A stretch of DNA of 63,690 nt, filler included, from Guillardia theta CCMP2712 (taxonomy: Eukaryota; Protista; Cryptophyta): assembly GCF_000315625.1 (NCBI RefSeq). It is 4 parts of 4 records of this genome, joined end to end, with 100 filler letters (N's around TTAATTAATTAA, not from the genome) between each part and the next. Parts side by side here need not be neighbours in the genome. Positions count along the whole stretch, not along the records: positions 1 to 25,384 come from NW_005434450.1; positions 25,485 to 56,180 come from NW_005434507.1; 2 more parts are not named here. One strand, given 5' to 3'. The position numbers and the translations under genes are program-made. A model generated the notes under the pieces. That model was not told the origin of the DNA and made no database searches. It was given only the letters and a program-made list of their open reading frames with translations. This document shows positions 20,320 to 33,087 of the stretch, in pieces. Each line of letters begins with the position of its first letter. Within the stretch, counting starts at the first letter, position 1.

Positions 20320-21442
20320 AAAGTCTACTCACAATCATTCACGAGCTTCTTGATCTTTCTAATTCACTTCTGACCCCTCCTTCCCCCACCGACCTGCCTC
20401 GTCCTGCTGATTGTTCTGGTCGATTCTTCCCTCACCCCATGCTTCCCTTCGCGCCCTCAACCCTTTCTGTCTCTCGTCCTCAATCCTCTGCTGTCATATC
20501 GTTCCTGTCCTGCCCTCACCTTCCCTCCCTCCTCTCTCCCCCTCCTCTCTCCCTCCTCCTCCCCCCCCCTCCTCTCTCCCCCTTCCTCTCTCCCCCCTCT
20601 TTCCCTCCCCATGTCTGTTCGACAAACTTTGTATCCCCCACCCCCCCTCTCACATGGGGGTATACCACCTACCAATGACAAATCCATCAAATAGTCTCAA
20701 AATGACCCCTACTATCAGTACCCACCCCTACCCTCTCCCATACCTCACAGAACCAGAGCAAAAACGTTGCAGCTACGTAACGTTAAGTCAGTTGAGTGTT
20801 ACAGATATGTAACGAGATGTGACTGGTTCTCTGGTCAACCATCTGCGCGGATTGTATCGACTTTGTTCAGTAGGGGTACATTTTCCTTGATATATGGGGG
20901 TAGGGGTGATATTTGTACCACAAAGGTGCGAAAATGCAACTGGGTGTAGGAGGTGGAGGAGGGAGGGAGAGGGAGAGGGAGAGGGAGTGGGAGGGGGAAG
21001 GGGAGAGGGAGCGACAAGATGGAACCATCGAGAGAGATAAGATGATCAGGGGAGGGGAGAGGAAGAGGAAGAGGGTGAGGAGCAAGAGCAGGAGCAGAAG
21101 CAACAAAGAGGTCGCACAGATGCCTTCATGCCTATCATCTCATTATTGATCCTGTCTGTGATGCTTCCTATAAGTCCTTGATGGAGGGAGAAGGGAAAGA
21201 AGAAGATCATTTCTCCGAAGCTGTGTCCATGCTTGACATCAGTGATTGCTTTTCTATTCTGTAACATACTCACTCGATACTATTGTTGTTGGGATTTACT
21301 CCTACCGATTCCATTGCAGGCAACGTTGCTCTCATCATATCTTACTATCGATTCAGGCCCGTCGCAATCTCTTGTTCAGCGGGAAGGCTCATGTTCTTGA
21401 CCTTCGTCTCTCTCCTATAATGCTCACTTGAACCACATTCTG

Positions 21443-24023
21443 ATGTCGCTGCTCAACGCAAGGCCGCTGGACTTCGATACAACCTGGAAGCTCCTGCAGA
21501 GTGAAGTGAGCAGGCTGGTCACAGACCCCACAGTCGGGATCTCCAACCAGAAGTTCGTCCAGTGTCACACGTACATCTACAAGATCTGCACCATACCGCA
21601 AGGCAGGGAGGGGAAGCCTCTCGCGGACCGCCTCTACTACGAGCTGAAGGGATGCCTGGAGAGAGTGTGCAAGCAGATTGCCAGGGAGCTGCTGGTGTCG
21701 AGCAACCTGCTGCCGCTCTACCTCGCCAAGTGGAAGAACTTCGCCATCGGCTTGCGGTGTGTCAACGCCATCTTCGACTACCTCAACAGGTTTTGGATCA
21801 GGTCCCACTGCCAGGAGGGGCTGATACCGGAGGACGGAGTGTACCCGAGCGTCCTTGAGATGGGGACGGCGGTGTGGCGGGACAACGTGCAGGTCATCCC
21901 GGTAGCGCAACAGATGCTCGAGGCGATGTGGAGCCATATCTGTGAAGGCAGGAAGGGAGCCCTGTTGGAGTTCAGCTTGATCCGGGAGATCCTCGGGGTA
22001 TACAGGGAGCTGGGCTGCCGGCCCGACAGCGGGAGGGTGTATGACTCGGACTTTGCGGGCCCCTTTGTCCAGCTGACCTTCCAGTTCTACTCGCAGGAGG
22101 CGCTGGAGTTGATGGCGGCCCAAGACTTTGACGCATACGCGCTCAGGGCGCACGAGAGCATATCGTCGGAGCTGGCTGCGGCCTCGCGCTTCCTCCTCCC
22201 TGAGACGCTGCCAGAGCTCTGCATGGCCTGCGAGAGGGCCTTCATCGAGGAGCAGAAGCCTTGGCTACAGTCCATCTTCGAGGCTCTCCTGCTGCAGGAC
22301 GACATGCGCGAGCAGCTCTGGCGGCTGTACGCGCTGCTAAGGAGGGTAGACGGGGCACTGGACGGGGGGAGAACGAGCCTCTTTGAGCTCATCTCAAGGG
22401 AAGGGACGGCGGCGATGGCGGCGCTGGAGGAGGGAGAGGATGGGGAGGGCAGGCAGGGTATCGATCCAAGCATGTTCCTGTCGACCTTCACGGAGCGACT
22501 GGAGTACTACTACACCCTCGTGCACGACAGCCTCGAGGATGACGCCGAGTTCCTCAACGCCGTGGCAAAGGCGCTGGTCGTCGTCGTCAACTCCATCAAG
22601 AGCTGCGCGCTGCTGCTCGCCCAGCATGCGCACTCCGTGCTGGACAAGCACGGGGCCCGCGAGCGCGGGATAGGATGCGACACCGTCTCCGCGATGACGG
22701 ACGTTGTGACCTGCCTCAAGTACGTGCTTGACAAGGACATCTTTCAGGAGAACTACGTCAGACTGTACGCACAGCGGCTGATCCTGGATTCGTCGATCTC
22801 GCAGGAGGCGGAGGAGTTCATGAACGATTCCCTGCGGTCAGTCTGCTCCCCTGACTTCATCTCCCGTCTGCAGAGGATGCTGGCGGACAAGGTGAGGAGC
22901 AAGGAGCTGGAGGACGACTTCTACGACGACTACGATGCCGACACGAGCGTCTGCGGCATGCATGTGCTCCTCCTCACTGCCGGGACCTGGCCCATCGCCA
23001 TCCCCTCCCCCATCCCCATTCCCGACTGCCTGCGGCAGGGGATCGAGACGTTCGAGGTGTTTTACGGGAGCAAGTACAAGGGAAGGAGGCTGTCTTGGAT
23101 GCTGCAGCTGGGCAAGGCCGAAGTTCGCGGGTTCTTCTCGAGGACGTACGAGTTCTCCGTGAGCATGGCGCAGCTCTGCGTGCTGATGGCCTTCAACACT
23201 GCCCCCTCCCTCTCCTTCCCGGAGCTCCTGACGATGACCGGCTTCGAGGAGGAGGAGCTCGATCAGGTGCTGCGGTCGCTTGCCAAGTCCAAGCTCCTCC
23301 TGCAGGTCAAGACGTCGGACGCTGCAGGCACAGAGGAGGGAGGTGAGACTGCGGGCAAGGGATGGGGAAGGAGGGAGGGAGCGAGGGAGGAAGGGAGGAG
23401 GGGAGGAGAAGCGGGGGAAAGGGGCGAGGAGAAGAGCTGAGGAGGTGAAGTGGGCTTGACTCTTGTGTGCTAGATCGGAGCGGGGAGGAGTCGGAAGGGT
23501 CGGAGAGGAGGAGGGAGGAGATGAAGATGCTGGTGAACGACAAATACAGCAACAAGAAGACGAGAGTGAGGATCGTTCCTCACATGGCCATGGGGAAGAA
23601 GGTCAGCACGGCATCACCTGCTGGTCTCCTGCTGACGAGGAGGCAGGAGGAAGCCAGCAACGCGGCTGCAGAGGAGCTCCCTCAGGACAGGAACCCGCAG
23701 ATTCAGGTGAGGATTCGAGGGAGAGGTGGGAAGGGGGAGCGGGGGAGGAGAAGGTATAGGTGAGAGGGGAGGAGAGAGGAGAGGAAAGGGAGGGGAGAGT
23801 GGAGAGGGAAGGGTGCGGAGAGGCGGTAGAGGAGAGGAAGGGTTCGCGAGAGGAGGAGGAAGGAGGGGGATGCGGAGGAAGGGAAGAAGAATGTAAGCCG
23901 GGTGGAGGGCGAGGGGGGGGGGAGGCGGGAAGGTCTGAAGATGCAGCAGGCTGTGATCGTCAGGATCATGAAGCATCGAAAGATACTCTCGCACAATGAT
24001 CTCACAAAGGAGGTGAAAAGTAT

Positions 24024-24080
<57 letters not shown>

Positions 24081-24348
24081 GTTCTCTGCCGCTCCTGCTC
24101 TCGTCCTCCTCCCCCCTTTTCTCTCCTTCTGCTCTCCTACCCTGGCGTAACCTTGACTCGCCGTCCGGTCCCGTCTTTGTCCCTCCTCCCATCTTCTCCC
24201 TTCCTCCCCTCCCATTTCTCATGTGCAGTTTGGCCTATTTCTCGTTGCCTTCTCTCTCTCTTCTCCTCCTAACTCGTTTCTTAAGGTTCTCGAGCACCTT
24301 GCGGGCAGGTTTGTTCCCTCCTGCCCAGACATTAAGAGGAACATCGAT
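21443..24348 (+). CDS. Cullin (CUL2/CUL1-like); final exon not found
   Basis: MSLLNARPLDFDTTWKLL resembles the CUL2 N-terminus. Cullin motifs: FDYLNRFWI, KYVLDKDIFQENYVRLYAQRLI, LQRMLAD, LLTAGTWP, FYGSKYKGRRLSW. Neddylation winged helix QAVIVRIMKHRKILSHNDLTKE/VLEHLAGRFVPSCPDIKRNID. Confidence 0.9.
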
Positions 24349-24361
24349 GTGAGTGGAGCTT

Positions 24362-24424
<63 letters not shown>

Positions 24425-24507
24425 CGCTCCCGCTTTAACCTCCTCCTCCTTCGGCTGTCTTTACCTCATCTTTCTCCTCTTCTCTCCAGCCCCCCCTCCT
24501 CCTCCTC

Positions 24508-25384
24508 ATGACCACCTTGCTGCTGCTGCTGCTGGAGGAGGAGGTGGTGGTGGTGGTATTAGCTCGCATACCATCTCCTCGTCCTCCTCTCCTCCTCGAC
24601 TCCAGCAGCCTCGCTTTTGATCACAACGCTTCTGCAGCAGAGGTCAGCACTTTGTTGTTGAGATTCCGAGCCAGTATGTCAATCTTCATCGGGGAGGTTG
24701 TGACTCTCCATCTTCCTGGCTTCCAGCAGGAGCGCCAAGTCCCCGTTGTTTTTTCCAGTGTTGAGTTTTCGGCAGCGAGCTGGCAAGCATCTTCGCAGTC
24801 ACTCATTTTCACGGCTGGGGAAAACATCACAGCGGGGACACTGTGCAATGTTACTGTTCTGCGTGACGCAATGATACGGTTGCCTTTGGACGGAGTACGG
24901 GTCAATCAAAGCAGTCTGAAACTGAGCACCAATGCACGGCAGGGGCCCATCTTGCCAACGAGCATCTCATTGGTCCAGCCTGTAGGACACTTTGTACAAT
25001 CTGAGCTGTTGTATGATCCTGCAATAGCCGGCAGATTCACGAACATCATATTGCGCATGAAACCTGCTATGGCTTTGAAACGTGATGACGTTTTGTTGGT
25101 CGATTTTCCTTTTTTGCTGTACTCACCTTCGTTTGACGGCAATTTTTCATCAAGCTTTGTCTACCAAACATCTCGGAATATTTCATTTTCTTGGCAAGAT
25201 GCCACGTTGAGGATGCAGTTTGATGAAGGTGTTCAACCATTGAACCAGGTTGACATATTTATCATGAGCAATACTACATTTCAGATTCCTCCTGCAGGAA
25301 TCAGTCGTTCATCTCAGCCTAGGTATCTTCTGAGTGCAACGGAGGGGCCGATCCCGTGGACCATATTTGCACCACCGCCATTGG
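24508..25384 (+). CDS. Fragment of a large beta-rich repeat protein (~130-aa repeats), cut by the contig end
   Basis: Two related units: ...VVTLHLPGF...ASWQASSQSLIF...IRLPLDGV...GPILPTSI and ...VLLVDFPF...SWQDATLRMQF...FQIPPAGI...GPIPWTIF. GC content is lower than in the cullin. Confidence 0.55.
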
Positions 25385-25484
25385 NNNNNNNNNNNNNNNN
25401 NNNNNNNNNNNNNNNNNNNNNNNNNNNNTTAATTAATTAANNNNNNNNNNNNNNNNNNNNNNNNNNNNNNNNNNNNNNNNNNNN
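25385..25484. other. Artificial contig-joining linker (N44-TTAATTAATTAA-N44)
   Basis: The identical 100-nt structure occurs three times, and the 12-mer has stops in all six frames. Confidence 0.9.
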
Positions 25485-26069
25485 CTTGACGACCTCTCCT
25501 TCCACCCCTCCTTCCTCCTCCCCATCGACCCCGTCGACATCCCAGACCCCTCCGCTACTACCTGTGATGACCGCTGCCTGTCGCCTTGCAGTGTGCTGCC
25601 CCTGCCCCTCCTCTTCCCTGACCCTCCCTGCCCCGTCGCCTCTGCCCTTGACCTCTCCTCGTCCGACGACCCCTCCCTCGACGCCCTGCCGGATCCCGGA
25701 CCTCCCGGCAGCTGGGGCCCGGAGACCAGCCGCTGGGACGCGGCGGCGCGGAGCAAGCACAGCTCGGCGTGCAGGGGCATGAGCCGGCTGACCGCGCAGG
25801 AGAAGCTCGACATCGTCTGCCTCTACTACTCCGCCCCGGCCGCGACCAAGCACCGACGGACAATCCAGCAGCAGGACCTGTCGAGGAAGTACTGCAAGAG
25901 CCGGGCGGCGATCTGCAAGGTGCTGAGGCCGGAGTACGCGAGGGGGGTCATGGCGACGGCTCAAGGGCTCATGGTCAAGAACCACAACGAGATCCTCGAC
26001 AACATCGCACAGGAAGAGCGTCGCAAGCACAAGGCCTTGCGCCGAGGGCCAAGCGAGGCGACTGGCTGA
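25485..26069 (+). CDS. CENP-B/psq-type HTH family copy 1 (5' end lost at the contig edge)
   Basis: GMSRLTAQEKLDIVCLYYSAPAATKHRRTIQQQDLSRKYCKSRAAICKVLRPEYA. Compare the CENP-B N-terminus RRQLTFREKSRII...KGEIARRFNIPPSTLSTILKNK. Confidence 0.75.
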   Translation, partial: LDDLSFHPSFLLPIDPVDIPDPSATTCDDRCLSPCSVLPLPLLFPDPPCPVASALDLSSSDDPSLDALPDPGPPGSWGPETSRWDAAARSKHSSACRGMSRLTAQEKLDIVCLYYSAPAATKHRRTIQQQDLSRKYCKSRAAICKVLRPEYARGVMATAQGLMVKNHNEILDNIAQEERRKHKALRRGPSEATG

Positions 26070-27610
26070 GAGGTGCGAGGAGGTATTGTGATGCTGCTCA
26101 GAATCCGGACGTAGCGGATTCTGCACTGGCTGGGCAGGCGCCCGACCTCCGAGACAGCAGCGTGTCGGACGGGCTAGACCTGATGCACCTTGCTGGCAAC
26201 TTCTTGTCATCATGCCGACAAGTGACTTGGAGGACGACTTGCCCGCCGATTGGTGGTGGGCCCGAGTGAAGAACTTGGAAGCACTGGCAAAATAGTATGC
26301 GTGAGGCGGCCGATTGACGCTAGCCTCCAAATGTCTAGATCCTAGTTCATTTGACATCAATCCGAGATTTACATACGTTTAGATCCAAAATATCACAAAC
26401 AAACATGGCTCCATGACTCTTTCATGGGCGAAGTGGGTGGATGAGGCTCTTGCTGGTGTTCAACTTGGAATCAGTCAAGATCCCTGAATAGTCTTCATCA
26501 AGAGATGTGAACGACATTGATTTACAATCATGACATGAAAGGTATTTGCGGCAGGCAGCATATGTAGATCTTACTGTTATTGGTAAGATGATGTTGAAGA
26601 GCCAGCACAACTATCCATGTCGACCCCCCTACATAACATCCGATCTCGAACCACACGCCGCATGTTGTTCAAAACCTGTGTTTTGACCTTCAGGCTCCCT
26701 TGAATGAGAAGTCTTGATGAGACCATGATGCCTATGCAACGGTTTCTGAGTATCATGTTGAGTACATTGAAAGAGTTTTGAAAGACTACTCTCCTGATTG
26801 TCCTTGTACTGATTTTTAACTTAATTTTGAGTGAAAAGTTGTATACATCGGCAGTCACTTTCGGTCACAGCGGGCCTGCTCTAGAGTCAGCCCGATTCCT
26901 TGGCACTGAGACTCCCGGGAGGCACCATCGGAGTCGATCCCCGGCCCGCCGCCCCGACCCGCCGGCCCCACGAAAGTGAAATAAATAATAATAAACCATG
27001 AAAGGATAATTTTACTACTCTCCAGCAAGTATGTGACCAGCGACTCAAACAAGCAAGCGATCACCGGTCCTGATAACAGTGATCAGGGCTCGAGGGGGGT
27101 GGGGTGTCGCGGACTGGGGAAGCCCGTGACTCTCCGGAGCAGTACCAGGGGTACACGTCGAGTCGAGTCGGACTGGTGACTCAAAAAAGAAAAGTTTAAT
27201 ACCGTCCACTACCCCTCCTGTTTTCCACTAGTGAACTATCACTGCCCACCGGTCCAGTCTCCCTCAGTGGGGGAATGTCGCTACCATGTTGTCTCTTCGG
27301 TCCGCGACTCTCCGCCTGACAAGATGGAATGAAGACACCCCTGAAGGGGGGGTAGTGCGCGAGGTAGGCTGGTGGCGGGGGTACACAGCGAGTCGGACTC
27401 GTAATGAAAGTAAGCAGACGCTTGTAAAAAGAAAGTAGTCACCGGTCCTCCTTTTAATAAATCATAAGTTTACTACCGTCCCCCACCCCCCCCTGGAGTG
27501 GGGGAATGTCGCTACCTCCTGCTGTCCCCTTGGCTTACAAGCTGCCAGCCCCTGCTCCCTCCCTCACCCGCTGAGCCCCTCCTCCTATCCCTCCCTCCTC
27601 AGCTCCTGCT

Positions 27611-28244
27611 ATGTCCCCGTCTCTACCCCACGGGAACCATCCCTAGAGTTCTGAGGACATACTGACATACTCCCACCACTCACTGAAAGCTGAACGACTT
27701 CACCATATTTATCCCATCTCAACTACTCTACAATACACAACGTTGATACCCTGCAGTCTGATATTTTCTGCTCCCCCCGCCATCGAGCATACCAGACTAG
27801 ATGGCTGATGCTTGAACTCCATGGTCCGACGACCNNNNNNNNNNNNNNNNNNNNNNNNNNNNNNNNNNNNNNNNNNNNNNNNNNNNNNNNNNNNNNNNNN
27901 NNNNNNNNNNNNNNNNNNNNNNNNNNNNNNNNNNNNNNNNNNNNNNNNNNNNNNNNNNNNNNNNNNNNNNNNNNNNNNNNNNNNNNNNNNNNNNNNNNNN
28001 NNNNNNNNNNNNNNNNNNNNNNNNNNNNNNNNNNNNNNNNNNNNNNNNNNNNNNNNNNNNNNNNNNNNNNNNNNNNNNNNNNNNNNNNNNNNNNNNNNNN
28101 NNNNNNNNNNNNNNNNNGACGGCTCGAGGGCTCATGGTCAAGAACCGCAACGAGATCCTTCACAACATCGCGGAGGAGCGTCTCAAGGAGGAGACCCAGC
28201 AGACCATCACAACACTCAAGGTCATGCGCCGAGGCACCCGCTGA
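27611..28244 (+). pseudogene. HTH family copy 2, disrupted
   Basis: The family start ATGTCCCCGTCTCTACCCC at 27611 breaks after ~19 nt into retroelement-derived sequence. The family 3' end (GLMVKNRNEILHNIAEERLKEE...) follows the gap at 28118-28244. Confidence 0.6.
27655..27822 (-). repeat. Diverged direct copy of 29698-29862 (retroelement 5' region fragment)
   Basis: CATACTGACATACTC(C/A)CACCACTCA(C/T)TGAAAGCTGAACGACTTCACCATATTTATC... is present at both sites. Confidence 0.75.
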
Positions 28245-28309
28245 GCCCCTCTTCCTCTCTCCCACCGCAGTCTCTACGCTTTCTCCTCCCTCCCTTCCTC
28301 CCTGAAGAC

Positions 28310-30180
28310 CACTCCTTTGCTACGAAGCATTTATGACCAGTGTGCTGTTGTCGTTGTAAGAGCATTCAAACTCTCAAGGTGGAGAGTTTTTTTCCCGCGT
28401 CTATCAAAGGCCTTCTAAGACGAGGACGGTCTGTGGGTACAGAACCTGCCGCAAATGTGCCACCCTGACTTGTCTGCTTGCGTGTTAACGAGAGCCTTCA
28501 GGCATGTATGTGCCAAGGAACATGTCCAGCAACATAGCAGCTGCACTCGTTTCCATCAGATCTACCTTGTGCAGGTTGAGCTTTTCTTTCACGAGTACAG
28601 TTTGCATGTCTACGTCATCAGGACTGGTCTTGACCCACTCCAGCAAAGTGTCAAAACTTGTTTACTTATGACGATGCTTAAGCTCAGGTCGTGTGACAAA
28701 ATAAGTAACACGATCCACATCGAATGAGCTTGATTTCAATGCGACCGAGGCGTCATTACATCCTCCAACAAACAATTAGATTGACCCTTTCGGGCTCTAC
28801 CTCATACCCCGTAAGAGAGTCATCAGCTGAATCGGAAAATCTGGAGACAGCCACCTCTTCTTCATGAGTTAGGAAAGGTTATCCCATGACATCCGTCTTG
28901 TATTCAGTGCCTCCCACTTCATCTTGTCCTGTCTATTCATGTTCGCGTTCAAGCAGAAGGTAATCCAGTCAGTCACATTCTCACCCATGAGGCCTTTGAC
29001 AGAGTTGACCAACTGCTCCTGTGGAATCGCATCAGACAAAGGCTGCAACTCCAACGTCGTCAACAACAATGACCATCTTGACTTCCTTCGGATCCGCACG
29101 TCCCGCCGGGAAGGGATGACGATTCTCCTGTCCTTCCCTTCTTGGTATCTAGCGCTGACCCCTCAAAGCAGCCTCCATCTCCTGCAGCTGTGCGATCATA
29201 GCCTGACTTTCAGGGAGGTCGTTCTGAAGCTGTTGAACAAGGTCGTCAGCCGATATGGAGCTCGTTGCTTCCTTGCTGATCTCTGGATCCTGAGGATCAT
29301 GTGTCGGCCTTGGAACGGAATCGACGTCTCGACTCCTTCCAATCGCCCCTTCCCCCGAACTCGTCTGCTGTCGCAGAACGAGCTCTGTCCAAAGATGCCG
29401 GATGCTCTTTCTTCTTCCTCATCGTGATCGCATTGCTTACGACACTCAACCTCGATATCAACGATCTCTCAAAAGCATCCCTCGTGTGGGAAAGGCGACC
29501 GGGCGTCCCACCCGTGCTTCAAGCGGCGCCTGGTTGTTGTCCTAGGTGTCAAGTCCAGGATTCTACTCATCGTGTGTCTCTTCGTGTGTTGAGTTCCAAC
29601 ACAACCAACCTTAGGCTACCAATGATAGGATATGAATCTGCTATTGCTGTCTGATCTCTCGACTCACAAGAAGGGAAGTAGAGAAAGAGTTCGAGTAGCA
29701 TACTGACATACTCACACCACTCATTGAAAGCTGAACGACTTCACCATATTTATCTTATCTTAGAGACTCTACAATCAACAACGTTGATACCCTAAAGTCT
29801 GAGATTTTCTGCTCCAACCGCAATCCTGCATACGAAACTAGATGGTTGATGCTTGACCTCGAAGACAGGATTCAGCCTTTCTATCATGTCATCAGTATGG
29901 AAAGGATTTGAAATCGGACCTAGTCTCTCAAATCCACATGGTGGCTGATTTCTACAACACAACAACTTGCTTCTCAAAACAGCTCGATCTGTTAGAACAA
30001 TCCATTTTTCAAGCATGTGGCAATAAGTAAAACAATCACACATGATCCTGACTTGAAGGCGAAGGACAAGAGCCGCAGTAGCCTTCGCAGTCAGATGCGC
30101 CTGCAGCGATAAACAGGGGCCCTGACAGTGTGGAGGGAGCGAGAATACTTGGAGACCTACAAGTGCTCGTTATCAGCCTT
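28310..30180 (-). mobile_element. Degenerate Ty3/Gypsy LTR-retrotransposon remnant (gag-protease)
   Basis: The minus strand reads KWEALNTRRMSWDNLS*LMKKRWLSPDFPIQLMTLLRGMR*SPKGSI*LF, matching the Retrotrans_gag pattern (W...F...LRQ.P.ESV). A knuckle-like CSCYVAGHVPWH follows, then PLIDAG (degenerate retropepsin D-S/T-G) near 28393-28410. Boundaries are approximate. Confidence 0.55.
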
Positions 30181-30912
30181 GCACGGCTCAAGACTGGCAG
30201 CCTTTCCTCACTGAGTCACTTACTAACTGAGCCTCGGAGTGGTAACTGAGCTAGGGCTTCCCCGATTGATATGGTCAAATAGTGACTATAATAGTATTTG
30301 TATTGACAGTGAACCGCCGGAGCCCGGGCCCGGACTCGGGGCCCGGAGTAGCCACCGTGACTCCCGATGACTGATGTCCTCGTTCTGATTTTTAACTCAA
30401 CTTTGATTAAAAAAAAAAGTCATAACCACGAGCCAAGCAACCACCGGTCCTGGCAAGTGAGAGGCAGGGCATTAAGAGGGTGGGGGGGTCGCGGACTTGC
30501 CACTCGGGGGTTCAACTTGCATCGGAGCACTCGGAAACCACCGAAGCAAGCGGTACAAATGAGCCACCGGCCCGCACCCCCCTTTATATGGGCGAGCACC
30601 AAGGGGGGAAGGGGTAGGGGGTACTGGAACGTCGATTCGGACTTGAGGAATCCAAGGCGCATGCCGAAGTACTCACCGGTCCTTCTGGACGGCGTCTCAG
30701 GGGGGGTGGGGGTCGACTTTCCGGGGTGGGAAAACATGAAAGAAGTTTACTACCGTCCCCCACCCCTACTACTCTCCATTGTAGTGCCACCACCGGTCGG
30801 GTCCGATATGCCGACGTGGGGGAATGTCGCTACAGCTTACAAGCTGCCAGCCCCTGCTCCCTCCCTCACCCGCTGAGCCCCTCCTCCTCTCCCTCCCTCC
30901 GCAGCTCCTGCT

Positions 30913-31269
30913 ATGTCCCCGTCTCTACCCCTCCTCCTCCCTCCCTTCCTCCCTGACGACCCCTCCTTCCACCCCTCCTTCCTCCTCCCCATCGACTCCG
31001 TCCCCACAACCTGTGATGACCGCTGCCTGTCGCCGTGCAGTGTGCTGCCCCTCCCCCTTCTTCTCCCTGACCCTCCCTGCCCCGTCGCCTCTGCCCTTGA
31101 CCTCTCCTCGTCCGACGACCCCTCCCTCGACGCCCTGCCCAGCCGCTGGGACGCGGCGGCGCGGAGCAAGCACAGCTCGGCGTGCAGGGGCAGGAGCCGG
31201 CTGACCGCGCAGGAGAAGCTCGACATCATCTACCTCTACTACTCCGCCCCAGCCACGACCAAGCACTGA
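30913..31269 (+). pseudogene. HTH family copy 3, truncated after helix 1
   Basis: Ends ...EKLDIIYLYYSAPATTKH*. The recognition helix is absent and there are internal deletions relative to copy 4. Confidence 0.75.
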
Positions 31270-32400
31270 AAACGTGTGAGATGGGCATATGAGTTGGATG
31301 GAGTGGGAGTGGAATAAATTGGAGTAATCATAGAGACGAGTGCATTGTTTGGATTGCCTTTGATCAGCCTTGCTTGAGTAAAGTGCACGGGGGATACGTA
31401 CTACGGTCTTTTGGATGTGTCGGAGGAAGGAGGCAGCCCTGCCAGTTTGTGGTAGTAGTGCAGGCAAGCTCGAATGTGCGTTGACATGACAAGAAGGTGG
31501 GGGCGGAGCAAACCTGAACCACCGTCTCCTCCTCCTCCTCCTCCCGCTTCCTGTCTCCCTTCCCGCCTCCTCCTCCTGATCCTGTTCCAGTCTCCTCCAT
31601 TCTTCCTAATCCTGCCTCCTCCTCCTGCTCCCCCCTACCAGCGTCAGCGTTGCTGGTCATCGGGCCTCGTGCAACCATGCCAGTGCCTGGGTTGAGATAT
31701 ACTCTCGGCAGTCTGATCCAAGTAACCACAACAATGGCTGCTTTCTCTTATTGCCGTTTGGCTTTTGCGACAGTATCAGGATCCGACGATCCATCTCCTA
31801 CACGTCTCTCCTGATTGTCCTGGTTCTTGTTAGAAGTTGTTTAGCGTAACTTCGCCGAGCCAAGTGAACTCATTGTGACGAAAGCCTGAATTAGCGGCCC
31901 GAGCTCTGAACCCGTCAGTAAGGGGTCTTGTCAGTGGGGTGGGGTGTCGCGGAAAGCAACTTTCGCCCGGTGCGTCAAGCCCGTGACCGTGGCCGTACTC
32001 TCCGAAAACTATAGAACCGTTGCAGAAAGAGCTGTACAAACGTCCCGTACCCCCTTCTTTGGCATGGGTTCCCAACATACATGTATACGTAGCTTCAGAT
32101 GACCTTTTTTTTCGGAACCCAAGGCGCAGGCCGAAGTACTCACCGGTCCTTCTGGACGGCCTCTCAGGGGGTGGGGGGCCCGCGGACCGGGGAACAATGC
32201 CGGGTAAGAAAAAACATAAGTTTACTACCGTCCCCCACCCCTCCTGTCCTCAAATGCTATGACCGCAGGCAGCCCACCGGTCAAAAGACCAGGTGGGGGA
32301 ATGTCGCTACCTCCTGTCCTTAGCTTACAAGCTGCCAGCCCCTGCTCCCTCCCTCACCCGCTGAGCCCCTCCTCCTCTCCCTCCCTCCGCAGCTCCTGCC

Positions 32401-33087
32401 ATGTCCCCGTCTCTGCCCCTCCTCCTCCCTCCCTTCGTCCCTGACGACCCCTCCTTCCACCCATCCTTCCACCTCCACGTCGACTTCTCCTTCCACCCCT
32501 CCTTCCTCCTCCCCATCGACCCCGTCGACATCCCAGACCCCTCCGCTACTACCTGTGATGACCGCTGCCTGTCGCCTTGCCGTGTGCTGCCCCTCCCCCT
32601 CCTTCTCCCTGACCCTCCCTGCCCCGTCGTCGCTGCCCTCGACCTCTCCTGGCCCGACGACCCCTCCCTCGACGTCCTGCCGGATCCCGGACCTCCCGGC
32701 AGCTGGGGCCCGGAGGCCAGCCGCTGGGACGCGGCGGCGCGGAGCAAGCACAGCTCGGCGTGCAGGGGCAGGAGCCGGCTGACCGCGCAGGAGAAGCTCG
32801 ACATCGTCTGCCTCTACTACTCCGCGCCGGCCACGACCAAGCACCGACGGACAATCCGGCAGCGGGACCTGTCGAGGATGTACGGCAAGAGCCGCCCAGC
32901 AATCAGCAAGGTGCTGAGGCCGGAGTACGCGAGGGGGGTCATGGCGACGGCTCGAGGGCTCATGGTCAAGAACCGCAACGAGGTCCTCCACAACATTGCG
33001 GAAGAGGAGCGTCTCAAGGGTGAGCTCGCACAGACCATCACAACACTCAAGGTCATGCGCCGAGGGCCAGGCAGAGCGACTGGCTGA
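32401..33087 (+). CDS. CENP-B/psq-type HTH family copy 4 (intact, 228 aa)
   Basis: Pro/Asp-rich N-terminus, RSRLTAQEKLDIVCLYY...RQRDLSRMYGKSRPAISKVLRPEYA, and a helical C-terminal tail. Confidence 0.8.
   Translation: MSPSLPLLLPPFVPDDPSFHPSFHLHVDFSFHPSFLLPIDPVDIPDPSATTCDDRCLSPCRVLPLPLLLPDPPCPVVAALDLSWPDDPSLDVLPDPGPPGSWGPEASRWDAAARSKHSSACRGRSRLTAQEKLDIVCLYYSAPATTKHRRTIRQRDLSRMYGKSRPAISKVLRPEYARGVMATARGLMVKNRNEVLHNIAEEERLKGELAQTITTLKVMRRGPGRATG

Noticed and set aside
25429-25440. TTAATTAATTAA as a biological site
   Set aside because: It is always flanked by 44 Ns on each side and occurs three times, so it is an assembly linker.
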